A stretch of DNA of 64,000 nucleotides from Candidatus Falkowbacteria bacterium (lineage in GTDB: Bacteria > Patescibacteriota > Patescibacteriia > Patescibacteriales > UBA12465): NCBI GenBank assembly GCA_026396805.1, contig JAPLVZ010000009.1, forward strand, positions 4,058 to 68,057. The letters are read 5' to 3'. The notes beneath the pieces were generated by a model. That model had not been told where the DNA came from and did not search any database. It was given only the letters and a program-made list of their open reading frames with translations. The translations under genes were made by a program, and so were the position numbers. Positions 25,575 to 35,019 of this stretch are shown here, piece by piece (positions within the stretch are counted from its first letter, which is position 1; every line of letters begins with the position of its first letter).

Positions 25575-28391
25575 TTATTTCATATTTAATCCTATTTCAT
25601 TGCTTTTGATTATAGCTCCGTTCCAGTCGTTGAGCCGGGCGTAAAGGAGATAAGCCCCGGCCGGGGGCGGGGTGGCCCAGAAAATTTCCAGCGGAGAAGA
25701 GGGATTATCTATATCTTTCAAATTAGTTAAATTGCCGCTTAAAACATTTTTTATAAAAACATTTATTGAGGCGGTTCTGGATGGATTGCCGATATCCAGT
25801 TTTATGGATAAAGGAAAAGAATCGACCTTAAGATTGGCGCCGGAAGAAGGGTTGATTATTTCCAGCGAACCCTTGTTCGAACCGACGGGGTTATTTTTGA
25901 TATTCAGATTAAAATTAGTCGAGGCTTCGCCGCAATTTTCAACGCTATCGCAAACCACCGCCTTAAGAGTGTGATAACCATTATTTAAGAAAGTTATCGG
26001 TTGGCTGGTCAGGGCTGTTTTAGCCACGGTTTGCCAGAGGTTATTATTAAGATAGTATTCTATGCGGCTGATGTCCTTGGCGCCGAGAACCTCTATTTGG
26101 ACAGCTAAGTTATCAGAAGAGATGGTTTGGTTGGCGAGCGGAGATATTATTTTTATCAGCGGCTTATCGGCGGAAGCTGGCGTTCCGGAATTGATTGGTG
26201 TTGAAGAAGCGTTTTTTTTCGCCCAGAGCTTAACCGCGTTTTCCCAAATATTAAATTGGGGGTCTAAAGCGGGATCAATCGGCGCCGGGCCTAAAGGATC
26301 GTTTTTATCGACATAATATAAAATATCATGATAACCAGGGCCGGTTTTGGTTCCAATCAGTTCAAGCGGAGTTGAACTGCCGGCCGGTAATCCGGTGGTA
26401 ATATCAACTTGAGTAGTTTCAGCGGGGATAATCCCGTCTAAAATAGGTTTGCCGGTTTTATAATTATCAGGAGCTTTAAAAGTTTCTGTCGGGGTGTCTC
26501 CTAAAACCTTGGCCATAAAGTCATGCCAGATCGGCGCGGCTAAAACGCTGCCGTCAGCCTTGCCCTTCATGGCTTTGTTGTCGCTGTTGCCGACCCAGAC
26601 CCCGGTAACGATTGAGGGGGTATAGCCGATGGTCCAGGCGTCATGAAAATCATTCGTGGTTCCGGTCTTCACGGCCACCGGGCGATTACCGAGAGTCAAA
26701 GAATTTTTGGCGCCGAAGATATAAGTTCGGGCTTCGTTATCGGACAAGATACTGTTTATCATTCTCGCCACTTTTGAATTAAGAACCTTTTTTTCTGACG
26801 GTCGGTATTCTTCTAAAACGCGACCATTTTTATCCTCAACTTTCAGAATGCTGACAAGGGGACTGATTTGACCGTCACGGGCGAAAGCGCTGTAAGCGTT
26901 CACATGCTCTAAAAGTTTGACTTCCGCTCCGCCCAAGACCAAAGAGAGGCCAAAGCGGCTGCGGGGGTAAAGAGTCGTATAGCCTAAATTCTCCGCCAGA
27001 TCGATAACATTATTAATATCGGCCAGATAAATCGCTTTTACGGCCGGGATATTTAATGATCCGGCTAAAGCCTGGCGGATGGTAACCGGGCCGCGTTCCT
27101 TAAGGTCGTAATCATGCGGAGTGTAAGGGTCGGCCGGATTGGTTGAAAAATTAGTGACGACATCGTAAAGAATAGTGTCGGGGGTATAGCCTTTTTCAAA
27201 CAAGGCCGCATAGACGACGGGTTTCAGTGAAGATCCGGGCTGGCGCGGCCGAGTCGCCACGTTAACTTGGCCGTCGATAGAGTCGTCAAAATAATCGCGG
27301 CTGCCGACCATGGCCAATATCTGTCCGGTCTTCGGATCGATAGCGACAAGAGCGGCGTTGTTGGCCCCGTATTTTTCCGGATAATCTTTAGTCTTATTGG
27401 CGATTGCTTCTTCAGCCGCCCGCTGTTTATATAAATCAAGAGTGGTATATATTTTTAGCCCTTCTTGTTCTACCATTTTTTCGCCGTATTTATCCGCCAA
27501 AACATCTTTGATGTACATGACAAAATGCGGAGCGGTAATATTCGTTTCCGGTCCTTTGAATTTTATCTCTTGAATTTTAGCGGCGTCGCGTTCAACTTCG
27601 GAAATATAACCTTGTTGCGCCATCAGATCTAAAACATAATCCTTTCTGCCTAAAAGGATATCTTTATTGGGGCCGTAAGGGGAATAACGACTCGGGACCT
27701 GGACTATGGCTGCCAAGACGGCCGCTTCCGCCAAAGAAACATCTTTAACATTCTTGCCGAAATATTTTTGGCTGGCGGCCTCGACGCCATAAGCGGTTGA
27801 TCCATAAGGAATTTCATTGAGATACATCTGAAGGATTTCATCTTTAGAGAATTTTTTTTCCAGACGATAAGCTAAAACCAATTCTTTCACTTTGCGAGGA
27901 ATGGTTTTTTCCGAAGTCAGGACGGCGTTCTTGATGAACTGTTGGGTTAAGGTGGACCCGCCGGCGCTGCGGTTGAAAACAATATTGGTTATTACCGTTC
28001 GAAACATTGACCAGAGACTGAATCCGCCGTGCTTATAAAAATTCTTGTCTTCTATGGCCACGGTGGCCTGTTTAACGTAATCCGGGATATCCTTTAAGGC
28101 TACCAAAGTTCTTCTTTGATTTCCGCTAATTTCATATAAAACATTTTCTCCAGTCCGGTCATAAATCTTAGTGCTTTGGGCCACCTCTCTGGTCATCAGT
28201 TGATTAGGATTAGGCAGGTCGCGAGAAACCCAAAAAACATAAATAATGGCCAATATCAGTAAAAAAAGAGCTAATAGTAAGGCTGATTTTATAAAATGTC
28301 TGGTTTTTTTATTATAAGGAGATTTTTGGCCGGGGTATTGGTGATTTTTTTTCCAGTTTGAGGAGGTTCTCCTTAGTTGCGGAATAGGCAT
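25575..28391 (-). CDS. bifunctional class A penicillin-binding protein (PBP1A-type) with ~300-aa C-terminal extension
   Basis: GT51 motifs (EDKNFYKHGG, GGSTLTQQ, RKVKE), transpeptidase SxxK (GSSLKP), KTGTTND; N-terminal TM anchor; extra C-terminal beta-rich region. Confidence 0.92.
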   Translation of the reverse strand: MPIPQLRRTSSNWKKNHQYPGQKSPYNKKTRHFIKSALLLALFLLILAIIYVFWVSRDLPNPNQLMTREVAQSTKIYDRTGENVLYEISGNQRRTLVALKDIPDYVKQATVAIEDKNFYKHGGFSLWSMFRTVITNIVFNRSAGGSTLTQQFIKNAVLTSEKTIPRKVKELVLAYRLEKKFSKDEILQMYLNEIPYGSTAYGVEAASQKYFGKNVKDVSLAEAAVLAAIVQVPSRYSPYGPNKDILLGRKDYVLDLMAQQGYISEVERDAAKIQEIKFKGPETNITAPHFVMYIKDVLADKYGEKMVEQEGLKIYTTLDLYKQRAAEEAIANKTKDYPEKYGANNAALVAIDPKTGQILAMVGSRDYFDDSIDGQVNVATRPRQPGSSLKPVVYAALFEKGYTPDTILYDVVTNFSTNPADPYTPHDYDLKERGPVTIRQALAGSLNIPAVKAIYLADINNVIDLAENLGYTTLYPRSRFGLSLVLGGAEVKLLEHVNAYSAFARDGQISPLVSILKVEDKNGRVLEEYRPSEKKVLNSKVARMINSILSDNEARTYIFGAKNSLTLGNRPVAVKTGTTNDFHDAWTIGYTPSIVTGVWVGNSDNKAMKGKADGSVLAAPIWHDFMAKVLGDTPTETFKAPDNYKTGKPILDGIIPAETTQVDITTGLPAGSSTPLELIGTKTGPGYHDILYYVDKNDPLGPAPIDPALDPQFNIWENAVKLWAKKNASSTPINSGTPASADKPLIKIISPLANQTISSDNLAVQIEVLGAKDISRIEYYLNNNLWQTVAKTALTSQPITFLNNGYHTLKAVVCDSVENCGEASTNFNLNIKNNPVGSNKGSLEIINPSSGANLKVDSFPLSIKLDIGNPSRTASINVFIKNVLSGNLTNLKDIDNPSSPLEIFWATPPPAGAYLLYARLNDWNGAIIKSNEIGLNMK

Positions 28392-28539
28392 ATTTGTATA
28401 TTTATGGGATAATTATATCATAGGCCGAAGTAATGAATAAGGGGGTCTTGCTTAATTTGACATAATGTGTTATAATATTATGATAAAATCATGAGAAATA
28501 TTTGAGAAATAATACTGATTCAAACTTATTTTAAAATCT

Positions 28540-30120
28540 ATGAATTTTCGCCATCTTTTTGAAAAGCCCATTAAAAACGTTCCTCAATTAGAGACGGTCT
28601 CTTCTGAAACAGCCAAATTTAAGCCTTCAGCTAAGATGTCTAAAGAGAAAATTGCTTTAGGAGTAGGCGCGGCCGCTTTAGTTTTTGGAAGTGTCCAGGC
28701 CGAAGCAATGAACGGCCCGGAAACGAAAGATGATAAAAAAACTAAAATAGAAACTAGCGCCGATAATTCAGATAAAAGACCGGAGTCCCCGACAACCTAT
28801 CGGATGAGCGGAGCGGATTTTGCTCCGGCTGAAACTAATCGAGTCGGCGGAGCGGATTCCCCGATTCGAGTCGGCGGAGCGGACCCGTCTAAAGCGCGAA
28901 GCTGGATAGAAAAACAAACAAAAGAAAATGGCCAAGAATTAGTGCGTCTTAATTTTGCCATTAATTTTTTTGTTGATAAGGCGGATATCTCCCCTGATGA
29001 CGCGAAAGAAATCGCGGCGCAGTTTTCAGAATTTTTAGATAATATCAAGCCGGAAAATTATCAACAGGTTCTAGAATCGGAGTGGGTCGTTTTTAGTTCT
29101 TGCAGTGAAGAACAAACGCTTAATTGGGGGGAAGAGGGTAATAAAAATTTGGCCGAGGCGCGCGGCGCGGCGACTATGGAAATTTTAAAAAAAGAATTAG
29201 CGACGCATAATTTTTCCGCTTTGGACGCCGGGAAGGTACCGGCTTTAAAAGATAAAAAGATCGACGTTACCATTGCTTCCGAGCACTCGGAAAATTTAGG
29301 AGTTACTTTGGTAACTGATTTAAATAATCCGGACACGGGAGAGAAGTATACTGCTTCTGAAGTGGAAAAAATGAAGAAGGATGATCCGGAAAAATATGAG
29401 CAGCTAAAAGCGAAAAATCGATTCGCCTATTTTAAAGCGGAAGTTGTCAGTGAATCGGAAAAAACTTCGGGAAATATCGTTAAATTAATTTCTCAATATG
29501 ATCGTTCGATTTTTATGGCTGATAAAAGCGGTTCTATGAGGGATGATTTGAAGGATATGTATAATGAGGTGAAAGAGGAAATAAGCTCTTTGCCTGGGAC
29601 CGAGCTTCTTTTATCTAATTACTCCGATAAGTTTGAAGGGATAAAGGAATTTAACGTTAATAAAGTTGAAGAAAATTTCAGTGCCAAGATCGGTCCTTGC
29701 CAAGAAACGACTATTCCGGTCTTGGCAAAATTATTGGAGCATTTATCGGCCGATTCGTCGGCTAAGGAAAATTTAAAAACCATTATTACCGTTCATACCG
29801 ATGAATCTTTGCAGTTTTTTAATTATTACGCTTTAGAGTATATTGATAATCTAGCTAAAAAATCCCGAACCGAGATTGTGTTTGTTTTTTATTCCAAACC
29901 TGACCCCAAGTGGAATAATCCCGACGACCCGGCCTTTAAAGGTGAAAAGGTTATGGTGTCCTTGGATGACGTTATGAAAAATACCGCTAATTTTCTAAAA
30001 TTAGATAGCATTAGCGCTACTGATAAAGAAAAAATAGATAAGGCTAAAGTAAAAATAATAGATTTGAGCGATTTTAAGAATAAAAATGGTCGGACAGTCT
30101 CTTTGCCAACTTATAATTAA
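28540..30120 (+). CDS. secreted or anchored protein with vWA-like C-terminal domain and possible OmpA-like middle region
   Basis: Hydrophobic segment ALGVGAAALVFGSVQAEA; tandem RVGGADSP/RVGGADPS; NKNLAEARGAATMEILKKEL resembles the OmpA_C NxxLSxxRA motif; MIDAS-like DKSGSM. Confidence 0.6.
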   Translation: MNFRHLFEKPIKNVPQLETVSSETAKFKPSAKMSKEKIALGVGAAALVFGSVQAEAMNGPETKDDKKTKIETSADNSDKRPESPTTYRMSGADFAPAETNRVGGADSPIRVGGADPSKARSWIEKQTKENGQELVRLNFAINFFVDKADISPDDAKEIAAQFSEFLDNIKPENYQQVLESEWVVFSSCSEEQTLNWGEEGNKNLAEARGAATMEILKKELATHNFSALDAGKVPALKDKKIDVTIASEHSENLGVTLVTDLNNPDTGEKYTASEVEKMKKDDPEKYEQLKAKNRFAYFKAEVVSESEKTSGNIVKLISQYDRSIFMADKSGSMRDDLKDMYNEVKEEISSLPGTELLLSNYSDKFEGIKEFNVNKVEENFSAKIGPCQETTIPVLAKLLEHLSADSSAKENLKTIITVHTDESLQFFNYYALEYIDNLAKKSRTEIVFVFYSKPDPKWNNPDDPAFKGEKVMVSLDDVMKNTANFLKLDSISATDKEKIDKAKVKIIDLSDFKNKNGRTVSLPTYN

Positions 30121-30245
30121 ATGATCTTCCCGCTTCTTTAGGGAAGGAACATAATTTGAAATAATTTAATTCAGATTTTAAAGCCGCGCTTTGAAAAGCG
30201 GGGCTTTTGTTGTTATAATGGAAACGGTGCGATAATAATAAAATT

Positions 30246-31028
30246 ATGATTACCAGTTTGGCCAATAAGACGATTAAAGACGCGGCCGCTTTAAAGAAAC
30301 CGAGAGAACGGAAGAAAAATGGGCTGATTCTAATCGACGGTTCCAGGGAAATTGAAATGGCGCTATGCGCCCGAGTGGAAATAATTTCTTTGTTTTATTG
30401 TTTGGAGCTCATCGCTGATAAGTCGGATATTTTTAATCTTGTCGATTCGGAAAAAAGAATAGAAGTTTCCGCGGCCGTCTTTAAAAAAATTTGTTACAAG
30501 GAAAACCCGGACGGGTTTTTGGCGATCGCCAGACCAGAAAATAAAAAATTGTCCGATTTGAAATTAAGCGCCGAGGCCCTGGTGGTTGTTTTAGAAAATA
30601 TTGAGAAGCCGGGGAATTTAGGAGGGATAATCAGGACGGCTTACGCGGCCGGGGTGGAGGCGATAATTATCAATAGCGCCCAGACCGATATTTATAATCC
30701 GAATGTAATCCGGGCAAGCGAGGGGCATATTTTTAAGGAGGATATTGCCAGCGCTTCGATTGGTGAAACCATTAAATGGTTAAAGAAAAATAAAATAAAG
30801 AGTTTCGGGGCGGCTACGATTGGGGCGAAGATTTATACGGAAGTTAATTTACGGGGACGGGTGGCGATGGTTTTAGGATCAGAAGCGGAAGGATTGAGTA
30901 AAAAATGGCTGGAAGAAGCGGATAAATTAATTAAGATACCGATGAAAGAAGGGATTGATTCTTTAAATGTTTCAGTGGCGGCAGGTATTATTATTTATGA
31001 GGCGTTGCGGCAGAGAACGGTAAAATAG
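30246..31028 (+). CDS. SpoU/TrmH-family RNA 2'-O-methyltransferase
   Basis: SPOUT motifs (ENIEKPGNLGGIIRTA, VLGSEAEGLS, IPMKEGIDSLNVSVAAGIIIYE). Confidence 0.88.
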   Translation: MITSLANKTIKDAAALKKPRERKKNGLILIDGSREIEMALCARVEIISLFYCLELIADKSDIFNLVDSEKRIEVSAAVFKKICYKENPDGFLAIARPENKKLSDLKLSAEALVVVLENIEKPGNLGGIIRTAYAAGVEAIIINSAQTDIYNPNVIRASEGHIFKEDIASASIGETIKWLKKNKIKSFGAATIGAKIYTEVNLRGRVAMVLGSEAEGLSKKWLEEADKLIKIPMKEGIDSLNVSVAAGIIIYEALRQRTVK

Positions 31029-31134
31029 AAGCGGCAAGTCGATTTGAGACACCTGATAGAAATAGGTATTTGACAAGAATGAATATTTTTATTAATATTA
31101 ACCTAAATTATCGCACAGGATAATTTATTTATTT

Positions 31135-31206
31135 GCGCCCGTAGTTCAGCGGATAGAACGGGAGCCTTCTAAGCTCTAGACGAGGGTTCGACTCCCCCCG
31201 GGCGTA
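31135..31206 (+). tRNA. tRNA-Arg, anticodon UCU
   Basis: Acceptor GCGCCCG/CGGGCGT (G1-U72), D arm GTTC..GAAC, anticodon stem GGAGC/GCTCT, loop CTTCTAA, T loop TTCGACT; one A-C mismatch in the T stem. Confidence 0.8.
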
Positions 31207-31261
31207 CGTTTCGCAAAATAGTTGACAGACCGAGTTGTTTCACAATACAATAGCATTACAT

Positions 31262-31744
31262 ATGCCACAAGTTAAATGTAAGATATGTAATAAAGAATTT
31301 TATGCCAAACCGAGTAATTTAAAACGAGGTTATGGCAGGTTTTGTTCTCGGAAATGTCAGTATGAAGGGCAAAAAACAGGTAAATTTATCGTGTGCGATA
31401 TTTGCGGTCAGGAGGCATGGAAAACTCCTAAAGATTTAAGAAATTCAAAAAGTGGTAAGTATTTTTGCAGTAAAAAGTGTCAAGCCATTTGGAGAAATAA
31501 ACACTATAGAGGTGAAAGGCATTCTAATTGGCGGGGTGGTGAATTTATTTATCTCAGGATAATGAAAGAAAGTAAGGTTGAACCAATTTGTAATGTTTGC
31601 GGGATTAAAGATAGACGGATATTGCTCATCCACCACCTGGATCATAACAGGAAACATAATACGATAGATAATCTTATATGGTTATGCTGGAATTGTCATT
31701 ATTTAGTTCATAATTATAATCAGAAGATTATAATTAAAAATTAG
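31262..31744 (+). CDS. HNH endonuclease with two N-terminal zinc-ribbon repeats
   Basis: CKICNKEF..FCSRKCQ and CDICGQE..FCSKKCQ repeats, then HHLDHNRKHN..NLIWLCWNCH HNH core. Start moved to ATG 31262 (track uses TTG 31235). Confidence 0.85.
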   Translation: MPQVKCKICNKEFYAKPSNLKRGYGRFCSRKCQYEGQKTGKFIVCDICGQEAWKTPKDLRNSKSGKYFCSKKCQAIWRNKHYRGERHSNWRGGEFIYLRIMKESKVEPICNVCGIKDRRILLIHHLDHNRKHNTIDNLIWLCWNCHYLVHNYNQKIIIKN

Positions 31745-31747
31745 AAT

Positions 31748-31821
31748 GGTGCCTATAGTTTAATGGTAGAACAATTGGTTGTGGTCCAATTAGCGAGAGT
31801 TCGATTCTCTCTAGGCACCCA
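31748..31821 (+). tRNA. tRNA-His, anticodon GUG, with encoded G-1 and CCA
   Basis: G-1 at 31748, acceptor GTGCCTA/TAGGCAC, anticodon stem ATTGG/CCAAT, loop TTGTGGT, T arm GAGAG-TTCGATT-CTCTC, CCA at 31819-31821. Confidence 0.9.
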
Positions 31822-31830
31822 GTATAAAAT

Positions 31831-31857
31831 AACAGCCATTCGGCTGTTGTTTTTTTT
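31831..31857 (+). terminator. intrinsic terminator after tRNA-His
   Basis: AACAGCC ATTC GGCTGTT followed by GTTTTTTTT. Confidence 0.8.
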
Positions 31858-31875
31858 CTGTGGTATAATCTAATT

Positions 31876-33549
31876 ATGACGGATAATACCTCTCAAATTA
31901 ATAACGCCTGCCAACCGGAGCCGCTCGTTGCCTATTTCAGCATGGAAATCGCTCTGGAAAATAATATCAAAACTTACGCCGGCGGACTTGGAGTTCTGGG
32001 CGGCGATATTCTGCGCTCGGTCGCTGATTTAAGATTTCCGATGATCGGGGTTACTCTTTTTAATCGCGATGGTTATTTTAAACAAGTTATCGGCGATAAC
32101 GGGGACCAAGAAGCCTATCCGGACAAGTCTGATTTTTTACGTCTGGAAAAGATGCCCCAAATCGTCGCGGTTGATATCGGCAAAGAAAAAGTTCTTGTCG
32201 GAGTTTGGCGCTACTTGATAAAAAGCGAAAGCGGTTTTAAAGTTCCGGTTTATTTTTTGGATACGGATTTGCCGGAAAATGCGCCAGCTAATCGTGAACT
32301 GTGCGGCGTTTTATACGGTGGCGATGAAGGGTATCGCTTAAAACAAGAAATAATCCTAGGTCGCGGCGGAATAAAGATGCTGGCCGCTATCGGCCATCAG
32401 CATATTAAGAAAATTCATTTAAACGAGGGCCACGGCGCTTTGGCGGCCGTAGAATTATTTTTAAACTCTAAACAGAAACGAGAAAAAGACAAACTTAAAG
32501 AAGTCAGAAATAAATGTGTTTTTACCACCCATACGTCGCTTCCGAAAGCGCAGGATATTTTCTCCCTCTCGTATTTATTAAGTTTTCAGCCGGATTTTCC
32601 GGGGTCTTTGACCGGGTTGATTAAGAACAATGAAATTAATCTAACGCAAACCGGTTTTTATTTTTCCGGCTTTGTTAACGCGGTCTCGGCGGCGCACCGG
32701 CGAGAAGCGCGGAAAATTTATAAGAATAACCGAATCAAGGCGGTAACTAACGGAGTTGATTCTTTGTTTTGGACGGCGCCGGAATTCAAAGAACTTTATG
32801 ATAAGCATATCACCGGGTGGAGAGCGGATAATTCTTTATTAAGAAAAGTTAAACAGATAGCGGCAACTGAAGTTTGGTTGGCGCATCAGCGGGCTAAAAA
32901 GCGGCTGGTGGATTATATCAATAAAAGACAGGAGATTAAACTGGATTATGATATTTTTACCATCGCGTTCGCTCGCCGTTTTGCGGTTTATAAACGACCC
33001 GAATTCCTTTTTCAAGATTTAAGCCGCTTGCTGAAAATAAATAATAAGAGGCGTCTGCAATTAATTTATGCCGGTAAGGCCCATCCCCAAGACTTAGAAG
33101 GTAGGGAATTGGTCAAAAAGATAAATTTGCTTTCCCAAGAGATGAGCCGGAACATCAAACTAGTTTTTCTGGAAGATTATGACCTTGATAAGGCGCGCCT
33201 GTTAACGGCCGGGGCCGACCTTTGGCTGAATAGCCCTTTGCCGCCGAATGAAGCCTCGGGCACAAGCGGTATGAAAGCGGCCCATAACGGCATTCCGCAA
33301 GCGAGTACCTTAGACGGCTGGTGGAAAGAAGGCTACAAGAAAAATAAAACCGGTTGGCTGATAAAAGAAAAGAAAAGCGGAGAGATTTATGATTTGCTGG
33401 AAAAAGAGATTTTGCCGCTTTATTATGATTTTCCTGAAAAATGGCGGAAGCTGATGGTTTCTACAATTAGTCTAAACGCTTCGCGCTTCAATGCGCAGAG
33501 GGTCTTGAAGCAATATATAGGCAAGGCTTATAAAATAAAAAAATATTGA
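31876..33549 (+). CDS. glgP: alpha-glucan (glycogen/maltodextrin) phosphorylase, short GT35 type
   Basis: 557 aa; FSMEIAL...YAGGLGVLGGD N-terminus and PLP-lysine region EASGTSGMKAAHNG. Confidence 0.9.
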   Translation: MTDNTSQINNACQPEPLVAYFSMEIALENNIKTYAGGLGVLGGDILRSVADLRFPMIGVTLFNRDGYFKQVIGDNGDQEAYPDKSDFLRLEKMPQIVAVDIGKEKVLVGVWRYLIKSESGFKVPVYFLDTDLPENAPANRELCGVLYGGDEGYRLKQEIILGRGGIKMLAAIGHQHIKKIHLNEGHGALAAVELFLNSKQKREKDKLKEVRNKCVFTTHTSLPKAQDIFSLSYLLSFQPDFPGSLTGLIKNNEINLTQTGFYFSGFVNAVSAAHRREARKIYKNNRIKAVTNGVDSLFWTAPEFKELYDKHITGWRADNSLLRKVKQIAATEVWLAHQRAKKRLVDYINKRQEIKLDYDIFTIAFARRFAVYKRPEFLFQDLSRLLKINNKRRLQLIYAGKAHPQDLEGRELVKKINLLSQEMSRNIKLVFLEDYDLDKARLLTAGADLWLNSPLPPNEASGTSGMKAAHNGIPQASTLDGWWKEGYKKNKTGWLIKEKKSGEIYDLLEKEILPLYYDFPEKWRKLMVSTISLNASRFNAQRVLKQYIGKAYKIKKY

Positions 33550-33573
33550 CTCGGATAAAATTAATTTGGATAA

Positions 33574-33608
33574 AAAAAGAAGGACCGGATTTATTTCCTG
33601 GTCCTTTT
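33574..33608. terminator. bidirectional hairpin between convergent glgP and histidine kinase
   Basis: AAGGACC ... GGTCCTT flanked by A-run and T-run. Confidence 0.65.
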
Positions 33609-33631
33609 CAATTTTCTTGTTTTTATAGATT

Positions 33632-34435
33632 CTATGGTCTCGCCAATTTAGCGGTAAAGGTCATTACCGTCCCTTTACCGAGCACGCTACTGGCGAAAAT
33701 TGTTCCGCCCTGTTCTTTTATCAGACTTTGGCATAGTCGCAGACCCAGTCCGGTGCCGCCCTCATCGTTCGTTCCCTTAGTTGAATAGAATTTAGGGCCA
33801 AACAATTTTTCTAGATTTTCCGGTTTGACACCGATTCCAGTATCAGTCACTGAAACCGAGACGAAACCATCTATGGTAATTGCCGAGATAATGATTCTCC
33901 CTTCAGGGTTAGTGAATTTTATGGCGTTAAAGACCAAATTTCTAATCACCGCCTGAATGGTATTGGCGTCGGCGTAAATAATAATTTCAGCGGATACATC
34001 GTTGTGGAGGCTGACCTGTTTTTCGTCGGCGTTCAGCTGTAACAGGCCGATGACATTATCGCCTATTTCTTTCAAAGAGATATTGGCCAGAGAAATTGGC
34101 TGTTTTCCTAGTCGCATTTTAGACCAATCTAGTAAATTTTCTAGCAGAGCAAAGATTTTTTGGGCTTGTTTATTAATCATCCGAGAAGATTCTTTGCGTT
34201 CGACCGCAGTTAAATCATTATAATTATATTTTAACAATTCGGTCAAGCCCAGCAAGCCGACAAAAGGACTGCGAAGATCGTGAGCGATAAGGGAAAATAG
34301 TTTTTCCATTTCCTGAACTTTTTTATTTAGTCCTTTGTTTTTGGATTCTAGTTCTTCGATTTTTTTCATCAGTCGGGCGGCGGATCCGATGTTTCTTAAA
34401 TTTATTAAAAAATTTTTAATCATTTTTTCTATCAT
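33632..34435 (-). CDS. soluble sensor-less histidine kinase (HisKA + HATPase_c only)
   Basis: H box SLIAHDLRSPF, N box VIRNLVFNAIKF, G1 DTGIG, G2 GGTGLGL; only a ~45-aa coiled-coil N-terminus; no response regulator adjacent. Confidence 0.88.
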   Translation of the reverse strand: MIEKMIKNFLINLRNIGSAARLMKKIEELESKNKGLNKKVQEMEKLFSLIAHDLRSPFVGLLGLTELLKYNYNDLTAVERKESSRMINKQAQKIFALLENLLDWSKMRLGKQPISLANISLKEIGDNVIGLLQLNADEKQVSLHNDVSAEIIIYADANTIQAVIRNLVFNAIKFTNPEGRIIISAITIDGFVSVSVTDTGIGVKPENLEKLFGPKFYSTKGTNDEGGTGLGLRLCQSLIKEQGGTIFASSVLGKGTVMTFTAKLARP

Positions 34436-34643
34436 GGCTATTATTTTTTGTTTTTAAGGTTCGTTAATTGTGAAAATTCATCATAACACATTTTTAATAT
34501 TTGTGCAAGAGTCTGGTAATTTTATAATATCTTTTGACTAAAATAAGCCATTTTAAAAAGAAGATTTTTTGTATTTTCCATATTTTCCAATTCGGCCGGA
34601 AAGAGCTATAATGTTTGTATTAGTATTAATAATATTTAATTTT

Positions 34644-34913
34644 ATGCCCAAAAAGAAACAAGCCAAATCTTCGGGAACGACCACCGAACAATTTAAAGTT
34701 TACGGTCACGAAGCCTTAAAAAAGATTAAGGAATTAATCAAAGAAGGCAATATCCGCCGGATTATCATTAAGGATGAAAAGGGTAAGATTCTCATGGAGA
34801 TTCCGATGACCTTCGCCGTCGTTGGAACTGTTTTCGCTCCGGTCTTGGCGGCCATCGGTGCTTTGGCGGCCGTTTTGAATAAGTGCACTATAGAGGTGGA
34901 GAGAAAAAAATAA
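34644..34913 (+). CDS. DUF4342-like small protein
   Basis: Pattern EQFKVxGxELxxKIKELIKEGNIRRIIIKDEKGKxLxEIP followed by a hydrophobic Gly/Ala-rich tail; start set at ATG 34644 rather than TTG 34569. Confidence 0.6.
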   Translation: MPKKKQAKSSGTTTEQFKVYGHEALKKIKELIKEGNIRRIIIKDEKGKILMEIPMTFAVVGTVFAPVLAAIGALAAVLNKCTIEVERKK

Positions 34914-35019
34914 TCAGTTGAATGATTCGGATATAAGAAAGCTCAATATAAAAAGACTCCTGATAATAGGAGCCTTTTTTATGTTGGTCAAATTTTAAAT
35001 TATTGCGGCGACTTTTGAG

